Shown piece after piece: positions 8,477 through 17,669 of a DNA stretch of 64,000 nt. The notes beneath the pieces were generated by a model. That model had not been told where the DNA came from. It saw only the letters and a program-made list of their open reading frames with translations, and made no database searches. The DNA lies in IMG/VR virus record IMGVR_UViG_3300025138_000015; one strand, written 5' to 3'. This stretch comes from a virus. The stretch's first letter is position 1. Every line of letters begins with the position of its first letter. The translations under genes were made by a program, and so were the position numbers.

Positions 8477-8846
8477 GTCGCATTCTATTCTTCAACTCAC
8501 GATACTGTTTATCAGATAAGAGGGATGCATAATCTTTTGCTTCTCTCGTTGATATCTTATAATACTGTTTAATTACATCGAGTTTCTTAGAGACATATGG
8601 TTTACTCCATTTGGAGAACCTTTGTCTTCTTCTTAGGGTATTTAGAAAAAATACATATTGAAGACGACCCTCAGTCGAATGCCTGATGTTCATTTCGTTT
8701 GTCAAGAAGATGCAATCTTCATGGTAAGATAATGATTTATTTATTAGGAACGGTTGATATGATTTCTCTTCGATATCATCAACCATGATATCTTTTTTGT
8801 CGTAAGAGACCGACTTGACAAAATCAAATGGATTGCGTTTTGTCAT
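8454..8846 (-). CDS. gp62: Clamp loader small subunit
   Basis: YQPFLINKSLS, NEMN, RRRQRFSKW; upstream of regA. Confidence 0.92.
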   Translation of the reverse strand: MTKRNPFDFVKSVSYDKKDIMVDDIEEKSYQPFLINKSLSYHEDCIFLTNEMNIRHSTEGRLQYVFFLNTLRRRQRFSKWSKPYVSKKLDVIKQYYKISTREAKDYASLLSDKQYRELKNRMRLGGKNNE

Positions 8847-8849
8847 TGT

Positions 8850-9122
8850 TTAAGTGTGCTTTATAAAGGAATCTATTAGGTCTTGGCCAGTCAATTGTAC
8901 ACCCATGATAATAACTTGGTCATTATCTAAAGTTCTTCTGATTGAACCATCATTGAATTCGATATCAACAACATTTCTAGTTCCTTCTGCAGTGTCTTCT
9001 GGTCTATCATCGTACCAAATACTATCTAAGGAGTGTGCATGAATTTGTCTAACGCCTTTAGCCCATATTTCTGCTTCTATTTTATTTCGTTGTTCTTCAA
9101 CTCTTGAATCATATTGTGTCAT
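8850..9122 (-). CDS. Hypothetical protein
   Basis: ORF with SD, in operon. Confidence 0.65.
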   Translation of the reverse strand: MTQYDSRVEEQRNKIEAEIWAKGVRQIHAHSLDSIWYDDRPEDTAEGTRNVVDIEFNDGSIRRTLDNDQVIIMGVQLTGQDLIDSFIKHT

Positions 9123-9223
9123 TTATTTCTCCCTTTTAAAAACTGTTTATCTGCATTTCGTTGTAATGATTTTTCTACTTGATAATCTAACCATCTAAAA
9201 AACCATTGTCTTAACTTTCCCAT
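9119..9223 (-). CDS. Small hypothetical protein (34 aa)
   Basis: Manual translation MGKLRQWFFRWLDYQVEKSLQRNADKQFLKGRNK; overlaps both neighbours' start/stop codons. Confidence 0.55.
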   Translation of the reverse strand: MGKLRQWFFRWLDYQVEKSLQRNADKQFLKGRNK

Positions 9224-9639
9224 TATGCCTCTTTGTTTGGATTCCACATTACTAAGTTCTTAGTTCTTAGTCTGTTTGCAACAATAGTATATCTGTTTTG
9301 TTCGTCTTTCCATTCTTTTAACCATTTGTGTCCGTCTCTCTCTGCATCTATAAAGATTGCATTAGTGAATGCCATTGGTAATAGTATTGCAACATGAATG
9401 ATTATACTTATTAAAGTATTGTAGTTAAACATACCTAGATAGTTTGCAGCTAGAAATCCAAAGAACACCGACCATATAGTAAACAACACTAACATAAAGT
9501 AAGTTTGTAAACTTGGGTCAGGTATATACTTTAATGGATTGTATCTGACATCCATAACTCTTCTCCACCCATTCACAAGACTCATTACAGTTCTTCTAAA
9601 TAAACTAGGTTTTTTCATCATTGGTTCTATTTTACTCAT
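9223..9639 (-). CDS. Two-TM membrane hypothetical protein
   Basis: MDVRYNPLKYIPD motif followed by two TM helices. Confidence 0.7.
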   Translation of the reverse strand: MSKIEPMMKKPSLFRRTVMSLVNGWRRVMDVRYNPLKYIPDPSLQTYFMLVLFTIWSVFFGFLAANYLGMFNYNTLISIIIHVAILLPMAFTNAIFIDAERDGHKWLKEWKDEQNRYTIVANRLRTKNLVMWNPNKEA

Positions 9640-9735
9640 TTCATTCTCCTGTGTGATTTCTCACAAACTCTTTTACCACATGAAGACCAACTGATGCCCA
9701 TGTAATTACTATTAAACTCCATACTAATAACTCAA

Positions 9736-10677
9736 TCACTTAAACTGACACTCTGACATAATCTCGGTGAGACATGCAACAAAGTTTATCTCTGAATCCA
9801 TTGAGAATGCAGATTTGTATTGATAGTCTGCAATGATTAAAACACATGCAGGTATGGAACTAGGTTCTAATTTAGATTCAAGTGCATTGAAAACTTTTCT
9901 GTAAAGTGTATTGAAATCATTATCAGAATTCTGACCGACCCATTTTCTCATGTCTGACCATTTCTTATCTTTAAGCATGTTGATTAGTGGTGTAAGTTTC
10001 TCTTCTGATAATGTAGATAATAATCCACTATCGATAATACCACTTGCACCATATCTCTGAATTTCATTTAGACATCTTCTGAAGTCTGGAAAGAATTTCA
10101 TAATAAGTTCTGCAAGGACTTTATTGTCTGCTTGAATACCTTCTGCATCACAAATCTCGTTGCATCTTTTCATCATTTGTTGTGCAAGGACTGGTTTGTC
10201 TGAAGGTTTGATTAAGAAATCAATTACTGTTGTTCGTGAATGTAAAGGTGGAATAATCCTGTTCTTGTAATTACAAGTAAAGATAAATCTACAATTAGAT
10301 GAGAACTCTTCTATAAAGTTTCTCAATGCAGGTTGCACTGAATCAGCAGATATGTAATCTGCCTCATCTAGTATCACAACTTTAGGTCCACCTGAAAGTG
10401 ATACTGTTGATGCAAAGTTTTTGATTTTAGTCCTGAGTGTATCAATCAATCTGCCTTCGTCTGAACCGTTTATAACAATGAAGTCTGCACCAAGTTCATT
10501 ACATAATGCCTTTGCAATGGTTGTTTTACCACAACCTGCAGAACCACATAACATAAGATTTGGTATTTGTTCTTGTTTAACAAACTCTCTGAAAGTAGAT
10601 TTGATTGATTCAGGAAGAATCGTGTCCTCAATATTTTGAGGACGATATTTTTCTACAAATAAAAATTCTTGATTCAT
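9736..10677 (-). CDS. gp44: Clamp loader large subunit (AAA+)
   Basis: VEKYRP, GSAGCGKTT, ILDEAD, LHSR. Confidence 0.97.
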   Translation of the reverse strand: MNQEFLFVEKYRPQNIEDTILPESIKSTFREFVKQEQIPNLMLCGSAGCGKTTIAKALCNELGADFIVINGSDEGRLIDTLRTKIKNFASTVSLSGGPKVVILDEADYISADSVQPALRNFIEEFSSNCRFIFTCNYKNRIIPPLHSRTTVIDFLIKPSDKPVLAQQMMKRCNEICDAEGIQADNKVLAELIMKFFPDFRRCLNEIQRYGASGIIDSGLLSTLSEEKLTPLINMLKDKKWSDMRKWVGQNSDNDFNTLYRKVFNALESKLEPSSIPACVLIIADYQYKSAFSMDSEINFVACLTEIMSECQFK

Positions 10678-10798
10678 AATTAGATGTTAAAACCCCTCCG
10701 AATTAACCGTTGTAAGAACTCCTAGCTGATGAGACATCTTACATCCCGAGTATAGAGCTGAGACTAATTTAACCCTATTCACACTATTATATATATGT

Positions 10799-11467
10799 CT
10801 ATTGACCATATTTTGAATCAGGTTCAAGTGCAATAAAGTATTCTAACTCTATATCTTTGTTATTGAAATGAGAAATACCTTTAGAAGATACTGAAACTGC
10901 ATAGTTTCCTTCTAATACTTTCAGATTATCAATCTTGAAATTGAAAGTAAAGGGTGTTCCGTCACCTGTGCCTACAGTTCTACTGAATGAATTAGATGTT
11001 GTATTCTTTTTATCAGTCACTAACAATGTCATTGTAGTTCCGTCTGATTTAAGAATCAAATCATTCACTCCTAGAACACTAGCAGCTTTGTTTAAATCAT
11101 TTAGAAGTGACGATGAAACATCAAAAGATACTTCTGCATCTGGCATTGTTATCATCTTTTCTGGTGTTGTTACCATTCCTTCACTTGCGTAGAAGTATGC
11201 CAATGCAGAATTTGTATCTGAGATTGTCACACTTGCATCACCGAATTGAAAGTCTGCATCTTCTAATAGAGAAGTCGCACCTAAGAATTCAGGTAGATTA
11301 TAGATTGAGAAATCCTGTGGGAATTCTTCTTCTATTGTTGCAACTGCCAGAATGTTTTTCATATTTGAAATTGTCTGCAGTTGTTTTCCACTGGTAACTT
11401 TAATACCAGAATTTATTGTTGAGAAATTCTTTAGAACATCCCTCGTATCATTACTTATTTTCATCAC
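10799..11467 (-). CDS. gp45: Sliding clamp
   Basis: LKNFSTIN, FSIYNLPEFL, YFIALE. Confidence 0.95.
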   Translation of the reverse strand: MMKISNDTRDVLKNFSTINSGIKVTSGKQLQTISNMKNILAVATIEEEFPQDFSIYNLPEFLGATSLLEDADFQFGDASVTISDTNSALAYFYASEGMVTTPEKMITMPDAEVSFDVSSSLLNDLNKAASVLGVNDLILKSDGTTMTLLVTDKKNTTSNSFSRTVGTGDGTPFTFNFKIDNLKVLEGNYAVSVSSKGISHFNNKDIELEYFIALEPDSKYGQ

Positions 11468-11763
11468 TTGTTAGCCTCCTTATTTGCTTTGTCGTGAACA
11501 TGTAGCATGAACAAAGCATAATGTAAAACCTTCAACAGGTCTGCTCTATTCTTCCCACCTTTTTTACCATATCGTTGTGCATATTTCATTATGTTTCCGA
11601 TACAGAACCCCTCACCATGTCCAGAATCTATAATAAACTCTGTAGATTGGTATTTGTTAAGAGAGTAATGTTGGTCATAAGTCTTATCGATATAAGAGGC
11701 AAGTTCCTTTAGAGAACTGTCCTCGTTATATTTGTAGTCGATTGTAGTCTTTTTACCAAACAT
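11464..11763 (-). CDS. DUF3310-like protein (related to T7 gp1.7 nucleotide kinase)
   Basis: QHYS, GFCIGNIMKYAQRYGKK, DLLKVLHYA; likely start at ATG 11763. Confidence 0.75.
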   Translation of the reverse strand: MFGKKTTIDYKYNEDSSLKELASYIDKTYDQHYSLNKYQSTEFIIDSGHGEGFCIGNIMKYAQRYGKKGGKNRADLLKVLHYALFMLHVHDKANKEANK

Positions 11764-11764
11764 A

Positions 11765-12988
11765 TTAATCATTATACTCTGAAGTCTCTGATTCGTCAAT
11801 GGGGTTTTCCTCAGTTAGAGAAACACCCTCATCAATTTTAGTGTAGAGGTCAAGAATAGACATTCTAGTCTCTTCATCAAACCTTGAAATACACATTTCA
11901 ATAGACTTCATTCTATCACCAAACATTCTGAATGCATTGACAATGTGAACAAGTCTTCTTGTTGTGATAACATCATCGATAGCACCCTCGTAGAAAGTTT
12001 TTCTGATAATGTCTGCCCAATCTACCAACTTGGTAGTGAACTCTGAATCAACTGCACCAGTTAGTTCCATTTCTTTTTCAAGAATTTTCTTCTCAACTGA
12101 CACTGGTGGATATTCTTGTTGCATAGTGATTGCAAATCTTTCTAACATTGCCTCATTCATGATTTGAGTTCCGATGAACTTGCCATCTTCTGAACCTTGA
12201 CCTTTAGTATTTGCAGTTGCAAGAACTGTGAAACCTGGTGCAGGTGTTACCCACTCACCAGTTTTCTTGATTAGGTAACCTTTACCTTCAAGAACTGATT
12301 GTAGACACATCAACTTGTTTGAACCAAGGTCAACTTCATCTAATAGAAGAACTGAACCTTTTCTCATTGCTTTGACAACCGGACCTTCTCTGAAGGAAAT
12401 GTTGCCATTAACAAGTGTGTGACCACCCATTAAATCATCTTCATCAGTTTCAATGGTCACATTGACTCTGAAAAGTTCCCTCTTTAAAGAGGCACATACT
12501 TGTTCAATCATTAATGTTTTACCATTACCTGAAAGACCAGTCACAAATACTGGAAAGAATATTCCAGATTTGATTATGTTTTTGACATCTTTAAAATGTC
12601 CGAAAGGGACATAATTAGTCATTTTCTCTGGAACAATTTTGACATTGTCTTCGAGTATATTAACCGTCTCTGATTGAGCTGCAACAGGCATGTTGCTAAC
12701 TGGCATAGATGCCATTGGCATGACAGGTTGTGGTTTCACTGGCATTGGAATGACATTGGTCATTAATGCAGATAAATCAAATACCGATGCATCAGAATTT
12801 CTGAATGGGTATTTGGTTGATTTGACCCAATATGGGACAGCACCAACATTCTCTAAATCTTCTTTAGAAAATGCAGTTTGGTCTGGATAGACCGATTGTA
12901 AAGTCGCGATAAACTCTTGTCTATCAGGACTCATTCTGAAATCTTTACCATTTACTGATACAGATTCCGTCATAGTTGAATAACTCAT
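11765..12988 (-). CDS. cobS: CobS-like MoxR-family AAA+ ATPase
   Basis: GLSGNGKT, LLLDEVD, ATANTKG, NEAMLERF. Confidence 0.9.
   Translation of the reverse strand: MSYSTMTESVSVNGKDFRMSPDRQEFIATLQSVYPDQTAFSKEDLENVGAVPYWVKSTKYPFRNSDASVFDLSALMTNVIPMPVKPQPVMPMASMPVSNMPVAAQSETVNILEDNVKIVPEKMTNYVPFGHFKDVKNIIKSGIFFPVFVTGLSGNGKTLMIEQVCASLKRELFRVNVTIETDEDDLMGGHTLVNGNISFREGPVVKAMRKGSVLLLDEVDLGSNKLMCLQSVLEGKGYLIKKTGEWVTPAPGFTVLATANTKGQGSEDGKFIGTQIMNEAMLERFAITMQQEYPPVSVEKKILEKEMELTGAVDSEFTTKLVDWADIIRKTFYEGAIDDVITTRRLVHIVNAFRMFGDRMKSIEMCISRFDEETRMSILDLYTKIDEGVSLTEENPIDESETSEYND
11771..11799 (-). promoter_or_regulatory. Sigma70-type promoter
   Basis: TTGACG-N17-TATAAT, 7 nt before ATG at 11763. Confidence 0.75.
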
Positions 12989-13029
12989 ATAGTCTCCTTT
13001 TCTTTGTTATTATTTCTCATCATTTGGAT

Positions 13030-13059
13030 ATGGTATCAAAAAGTGATACGCATTGGCAA
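13030..13059 (-). promoter_or_regulatory. Conserved phage promoter, copy 1
   Basis: TTGCCA-atgcgtatCACTTTTTga-TACCAT-N6-ATG. Confidence 0.8.
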
Positions 13060-13063
13060 CCGC

Positions 13064-13333
13064 CTACTCGCATATTCTTAGAATCCTCTCTAAGTCTTTT
13101 TCAATTGATATCATACCTTTTACTTTTTTAGAGTATGTTTCCATTTCTCCGTTGTTAACCCAAAATCTGAATGCTTTGCATTCTACCTTTTCTTCGGCAC
13201 ATTGTTTAAATCTTGGACAATTAAACTTGACGCAAGGACTTGGTCCTACATCCATAACTGCATCTGCAAATTTGGAATACGATGCATCGTAATTGTGGTA
13301 ATATGCCTGGTCTACTTGTAATGGTTCTCTCAT
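13064..13333 (-). CDS. Cys-rich hypothetical protein
   Basis: PCVKFNC...C...ECKAF. Confidence 0.65.
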   Translation of the reverse strand: MREPLQVDQAYYHNYDASYSKFADAVMDVGPSPCVKFNCPRFKQCAEEKVECKAFRFWVNNGEMETYSKKVKGMISIEKDLERILRICE

Positions 13334-15714
13334 TATGCTATCTCCTTGATAAATTCATTTGTTAAAAATCTTGATGTTGTTTTAGACTTTTGGTTTTTCT
13401 TAAAGGCACTTGTTAGTTTACCTTTCTTCGCACCGACCAAGTCTTCATTAAGTTCGTCTTCACCAGAAACAACTAAAGTAGTTGAACCAGTGGTGAATAA
13501 TTTTCCGTACCCTTTGGTTTCCCAAACAGTACCAGTTTTTCTAGTTTGTAACCAAGCAGAATTATCTGAATAATCCATCTGCTGTCCTATAGAATCCATG
13601 AGTTGCATGAAGTCTTGTTTTCTGCCACAAACAAAGTAGCCAGTTGTTATAACTCCTGTCTCTGATTTCAACCACTCTAAAAGATTGGTAGTTTTTTCAA
13701 AGTCACTTCTTCCGTATCTGTCTTCTTCATAGTCATAAACTTTTCCAGAATATGGGTCAACTAGTTTTCTTTTCTTAGTAGTTCTCCAAGAATCTTCATC
13801 ACCAACTTGTTCTTCAATTTGTTTGTTTTCTGCTTCATCAGGATAAAGAATGTCTGCTCTATGACTGTAACCATCGGTGACAATCGTTAGAATTGATTTC
13901 TCGATTCCGTATGCAGTGTTGAACTCTGGAATTAATTTTCTCATACCAACTAAACATTGGTCAAGAGGAGTACCACCTAAACCATATCCGTTTGGGTGAT
14001 TGTATCTTGTGTTCCAGTAGTAACCATTTGGGTCAATATACTCAATACCTTCAAACCACTCGTTGAATGCTTTTGCTTTGTCTTGAAAATTTCTTTGATG
14101 ATAACTTCCGACATTATCAGTATAGAATTCATTATAAAGACCACCAAGTATTGTCAATGCATCTAAGTATTCTTTTGATTTCATTTCGTTAGAGAATATT
14201 TCTACAAGTCTGATATTACCTTCTTCTCTGTCCCACCCATATCTTGAATTGTGCATGATTTGGTCGGTGAATAAGTATACTCTGAAAGGTATCTCAACCT
14301 TCTTACAGAACATTGCAAGAATCAAAGCTTGTTCTAATAAATCCATAACTTCACCAGAAATAGAACCAGACCAATCAAGTAGAACTTGAACACCATGATT
14401 CTTTCCGTCTGGAAGATATGTCATTCTTTTGAAAACATCATCAACAATCTGATACTTAGCAAGTCTATTCATATCTAACTTACCAGTTTTACCAGTGAAG
14501 GCATGTGCTTGAGCAAGAGCAGCTTGTTTCATTTCAAACTCTTTTGCCATATGCATAACTATTCTTTTGTTTTTATCAACCAGATTCCTAGAAGTTCTCT
14601 CTGCCATTTTTTGAGTCTTAGAATTATCAACATCATCAAAATCTGTTCCTAATGCTTCACCCTTTTTGTCTTTACCTTCGAAGAAGTTTTTCCAATCTTG
14701 TCTAACTCTCTTATAAGGATAAACAATATCTGTAATCTCTTTTGATTTCATTTTCTCTTTAAGATTAATATGAGTCATAATCACATTACTATCTGAAATG
14801 AATTGTTCTTCATTGTTATGTGCATTGTGTTCAGTGATAGACTCTCTAGCACCATCTTTTGAATCGTAATTCTCTGCATCATAACCATGACCACCTTTTT
14901 TACCAGTGTCTTTTCTTTCGTCTGACTCTTCTTCTTCACCTTCTTCTTCACCAGAATCTTCAGTGTCGTCTACATCTGGAAGATTGTCTTCGTCTGAATC
15001 TTCTTCAGAGTCCTCATAATCATCATCGTATGAATCTGAACCATCTTCGAAGTCTTCATCGTTTTGATTTTCTTCTTCTTCATCTGACTCGTCTTCATCA
15101 CCTACATCAAACATTTGAGGAACCATTTTTTCATCTTCATCAGTTCTTGTTTCGTTTTCTTTAGACCATTCGTAAATTGCAGTGGCACATTCTTCGACTT
15201 CTTCCCAAGTCTGACAAGACATTGCCCAATCTAAAAATTCTTGTTCCTTTTCAGTAAGTTTGATGTTGACTCTCTGACCACATTTAGTAATCAAATTGAT
15301 TTTATCAATCAGTGAAGTTTCTTGTATGTTTCTTGTATTAACACCGAAGAAATCGATGTCCATTAATTCGTTGTATGCTTTAAAGAATGATTTTCTAAGA
15401 CCAGGATAAGTCTCTTTAATCATTCTCTCAATTCTGACATCTTCAACAACATTCAAATACCCTTTAAGAGTTTTGTTTTTTGTCACTGCAGAATGAACAC
15501 CTTCATAAGGTGTATTCAATGCATGTGAAACTTCGTGACCCATAAACAAGTCATAAAGTTCTGGTGAAATGTCTTCTTTAAGAATAGGACAACAAAGTAT
15601 TCTATTCTTCAAATCGAAGTATGCAGTAGGAACTTTCCTATGCACGATTGTTAAGTTTTCCTTTGCAAGTAATTTTGCAAGGTTGTCTTTTTGTATTAGT
15701 AGTTTCTCAGTCAT
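13333..15714 (-). CDS. CobT-like protein: metallopeptidase-like N-domain, acidic linker, VWA domain
   Basis: GHEVSH, NVVEDVRIE, long D/E tract, MIDAS LLDWSGS, GGTPL, IVTDG; near cobS. Confidence 0.85.
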   Translation of the reverse strand: MTEKLLIQKDNLAKLLAKENLTIVHRKVPTAYFDLKNRILCCPILKEDISPELYDLFMGHEVSHALNTPYEGVHSAVTKNKTLKGYLNVVEDVRIERMIKETYPGLRKSFFKAYNELMDIDFFGVNTRNIQETSLIDKINLITKCGQRVNIKLTEKEQEFLDWAMSCQTWEEVEECATAIYEWSKENETRTDEDEKMVPQMFDVGDEDESDEEEENQNDEDFEDGSDSYDDDYEDSEEDSDEDNLPDVDDTEDSGEEEGEEEESDERKDTGKKGGHGYDAENYDSKDGARESITEHNAHNNEEQFISDSNVIMTHINLKEKMKSKEITDIVYPYKRVRQDWKNFFEGKDKKGEALGTDFDDVDNSKTQKMAERTSRNLVDKNKRIVMHMAKEFEMKQAALAQAHAFTGKTGKLDMNRLAKYQIVDDVFKRMTYLPDGKNHGVQVLLDWSGSISGEVMDLLEQALILAMFCKKVEIPFRVYLFTDQIMHNSRYGWDREEGNIRLVEIFSNEMKSKEYLDALTILGGLYNEFYTDNVGSYHQRNFQDKAKAFNEWFEGIEYIDPNGYYWNTRYNHPNGYGLGGTPLDQCLVGMRKLIPEFNTAYGIEKSILTIVTDGYSHRADILYPDEAENKQIEEQVGDEDSWRTTKKRKLVDPYSGKVYDYEEDRYGRSDFEKTTNLLEWLKSETGVITTGYFVCGRKQDFMQLMDSIGQQMDYSDNSAWLQTRKTGTVWETKGYGKLFTTGSTTLVVSGEDELNEDLVGAKKGKLTSAFKKNQKSKTTSRFLTNEFIKEIA

Positions 15715-15720
15715 AAGGTA

Positions 15721-15750
15721 ATGGTATCAAAAAGTGCGTGGCAATGTCAA
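15721..15750 (-). promoter_or_regulatory. Conserved phage promoter, copy 2
   Basis: TTGACA-ttgccacgCACTTTTTga-TACCAT-N6-ATG(15714). Confidence 0.85.
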
Positions 15751-15923
15751 CGCTTGAGTTGAATAAATTTTCTCCTTGATTTGGAGAACTGTTTCATAGG
15801 TGATTTGAAGATGATTTCTTCTTTAGTTCCTGTCTTAATATAACCAACTAGATGTCCAGCATCATTGACCATATATGTGTGATTGGATATTTCCCAATCT
15901 GTAATCTCTTTAAGATATTTCAT
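15747..15923 (-). CDS. Small hypothetical protein (58 aa)
   Basis: Manual translation MKYLKEITDWEISNHTYMVNDAGHLVGYIKTG...FSKSRRKF. Confidence 0.7.
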   Translation of the reverse strand: MKYLKEITDWEISNHTYMVNDAGHLVGYIKTGTKEEIIFKSPMKQFSKSRRKFIQLKR

Positions 15924-16207
15924 TATACTATTACCTTTTGTAAATCGTTAACCCAATATCCTGAACAACCGATTGCAGAATTATCACAACCTTGTCCTTC
16001 GAAAAACCACTCTATATTAATACCTTTAAATGTTTTATAAGGTAAGATATAAGTCTCGTAAGCAACCTCTTTACATGTATTATATGCTCTTACTAGTATG
16101 TCGGTATCATTGACTTCTTTAACATATCCTTCGAATGTCATACCACTAGTTGTGAACTTGATGCCATCATCTAGGCCTACTAAATCTTTTACATCTGTTA
16201 TTCTCAT
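15923..16207 (-). CDS. Hypothetical protein
   Basis: ORF with AAGGAG SD and coupled stop/start codons. Confidence 0.65.
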   Translation of the reverse strand: MRITDVKDLVGLDDGIKFTTSGMTFEGYVKEVNDTDILVRAYNTCKEVAYETYILPYKTFKGINIEWFFEGQGCDNSAIGCSGYWVNDLQKVIV

Positions 16208-16332
16208 TATGACTGACTCCTTAATAGTGCAGCTGCATATTCCGTCATGGACATACCCTCGGCACCAGTATATTTTGACATCAGTTTGATGTTTTCTGCG
16301 TTCAGTTTTGAACAGATTTCTTGAATAGTCAT
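16207..16332 (-). CDS. Small hypothetical protein (likely start MTIQEI)
   Basis: AAGGAG SD; directly downstream of promoter copy 3. Confidence 0.55.
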   Translation of the reverse strand: MTIQEICSKLNAENIKLMSKYTGAEGMSMTEYAAALLRSQS

Positions 16333-16359
16333 ATTATCTCCTTTCTTCATTATGGAATA

Positions 16360-16389
16360 AGGATAACAAAAAGCGTACAGCATTGGCAA
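16360..16389 (-). promoter_or_regulatory. Conserved phage promoter, copy 3
   Basis: TTGCCA-atgctgtaCGCTTTTTgt-TATCCT. Confidence 0.75.
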
Positions 16390-16418
16390 CGCTCAGGTCG
16401 GAGAAATATTAGATTAGA

Positions 16419-17150
16419 TTAGAAGTCGAATTGAGTCTGACTGGTATCGTCTGTTTGAAGGTCGGTAAGTATGTTTTCTGGTTTACCAGTGTACCATTGT
16501 GCTATAGTATATCGGCTGTTCCGTCTCACTGGAGACACTCCATGAAGCGTGGAGACACCACGGAAGATAACTGACTGACCTTGTTTAGGGGTATGTTTGA
16601 ATGATTCCTCATACCATGATTCGGCATGCTCTGGAAACCATGTTTCACCACCATTATAGTTAGTATTCAGGTAGGTTATACTAGTCCATTCACGATTTGG
16701 GTTGTCTTTTATGTTAAAACTTGCACGATTATTATCTAAATCTTCTTGTAATTCATCGGTTGGGTCTTCAATTTCGTATGTAGAATAGGTATCTACATGT
16801 GGATGTTGTTGTCCACCTATTGGCCATTCTGCAATTAATGACATTTCTGGATACATTGGTTTCTGTAAATGACCAACCAACCATGAAATATTATCGTAAG
16901 TCATACGATTAAAGAGTTTTCTTACATCATTATTTAAAATGGTGTGTCTTGTTATTGCTTGATAATCGAATGTCGAACCTACAGAACATAGGTCTTTATG
17001 ATTTTTGAACCAGTCTATCAGAAACCAACACTCATCTTGTGTAAAACTATCTACAAGATAAATCTCAGGCTGATACTGCTTGGTCTCCTTTTGATTCACT
17101 TGATTCATTATTTTCTTTTTCCTGTTGTGCTTCTTGTAAAGCACGAGCAA
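16419..17150 (-). CDS. 2OG-Fe(II) oxygenase, prolyl-4-hydroxylase-like
   Basis: HVD, TSITYLN...GGET, LHGVSPV...RYT. Confidence 0.88.
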   Translation of the reverse strand: MLVLYKKHNRKKKIMNQVNQKETKQYQPEIYLVDSFTQDECWFLIDWFKNHKDLCSVGSTFDYQAITRHTILNNDVRKLFNRMTYDNISWLVGHLQKPMYPEMSLIAEWPIGGQQHPHVDTYSTYEIEDPTDELQEDLDNNRASFNIKDNPNREWTSITYLNTNYNGGETWFPEHAESWYEESFKHTPKQGQSVIFRGVSTLHGVSPVRRNSRYTIAQWYTGKPENILTDLQTDDTSQTQFDF

Positions 17151-17667
17151 ATGCTTGTCTCTGTTCGTATTGTAATCTTTTTTGTGCTTCTTTAGGTCTG
17201 GACTTCAATGCCCTCTCTAATTTTAAACGAGACGCTCTTTGTAAGAAGAGTATACCATTTAAGTGGTCTATCTCATGTTGAACACATCTTGAACCTATTC
17301 CGTCAAGTGTAGTTATGTGTTCCTTTCCTTCTGCATCTTGGTATTTCATTTCAACAACTTTGCTTCTTTTAATCATTAAGTAAATATCTGGAAATGATAA
17401 ACACCCCTCTTTAAGTAGGTCTGTTTCTTGTGATACTTTTGTTAATTCTGGATTGAAGAATGCCTGTGTGCCTTCTTGTGTTCTCATTACGAACATTCTG
17501 TATGGAAGTCCAACCTGATTTGCAGACAATCCTAACCCACCGAATTTATCCATTGCTTCAGACATATTCTTTTCAATTTCTTTTGGGTCTTCTCGTGGAT
17601 TTTCAAAATCAAAAATCTCTGGTGGTTGTCTTAATACTTTACTTGCTTCTTCTACTAATTCATACAT
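17065..17667 (-). CDS. def: Peptide deformylase
   Basis: GLGLSANQVG, EGCLS, QHEIDHLNG. Confidence 0.97.
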   Translation of the reverse strand: MYELVEEASKVLRQPPEIFDFENPREDPKEIEKNMSEAMDKFGGLGLSANQVGLPYRMFVMRTQEGTQAFFNPELTKVSQETDLLKEGCLSFPDIYLMIKRSKVVEMKYQDAEGKEHITTLDGIGSRCVQHEIDHLNGILFLQRASRLKLERALKSRPKEAQKRLQYEQRQAFARALQEAQQEKENNESSESKGDQAVSA

Positions 17668-17669
17668 AA

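Noticed and set aside
10726-10770. Hammerhead ribozyme (CTGATGA on the plus strand)
   Set aside because: No GAAA core after a stem II and no matching stems; the structure fits the minus-strand leader better
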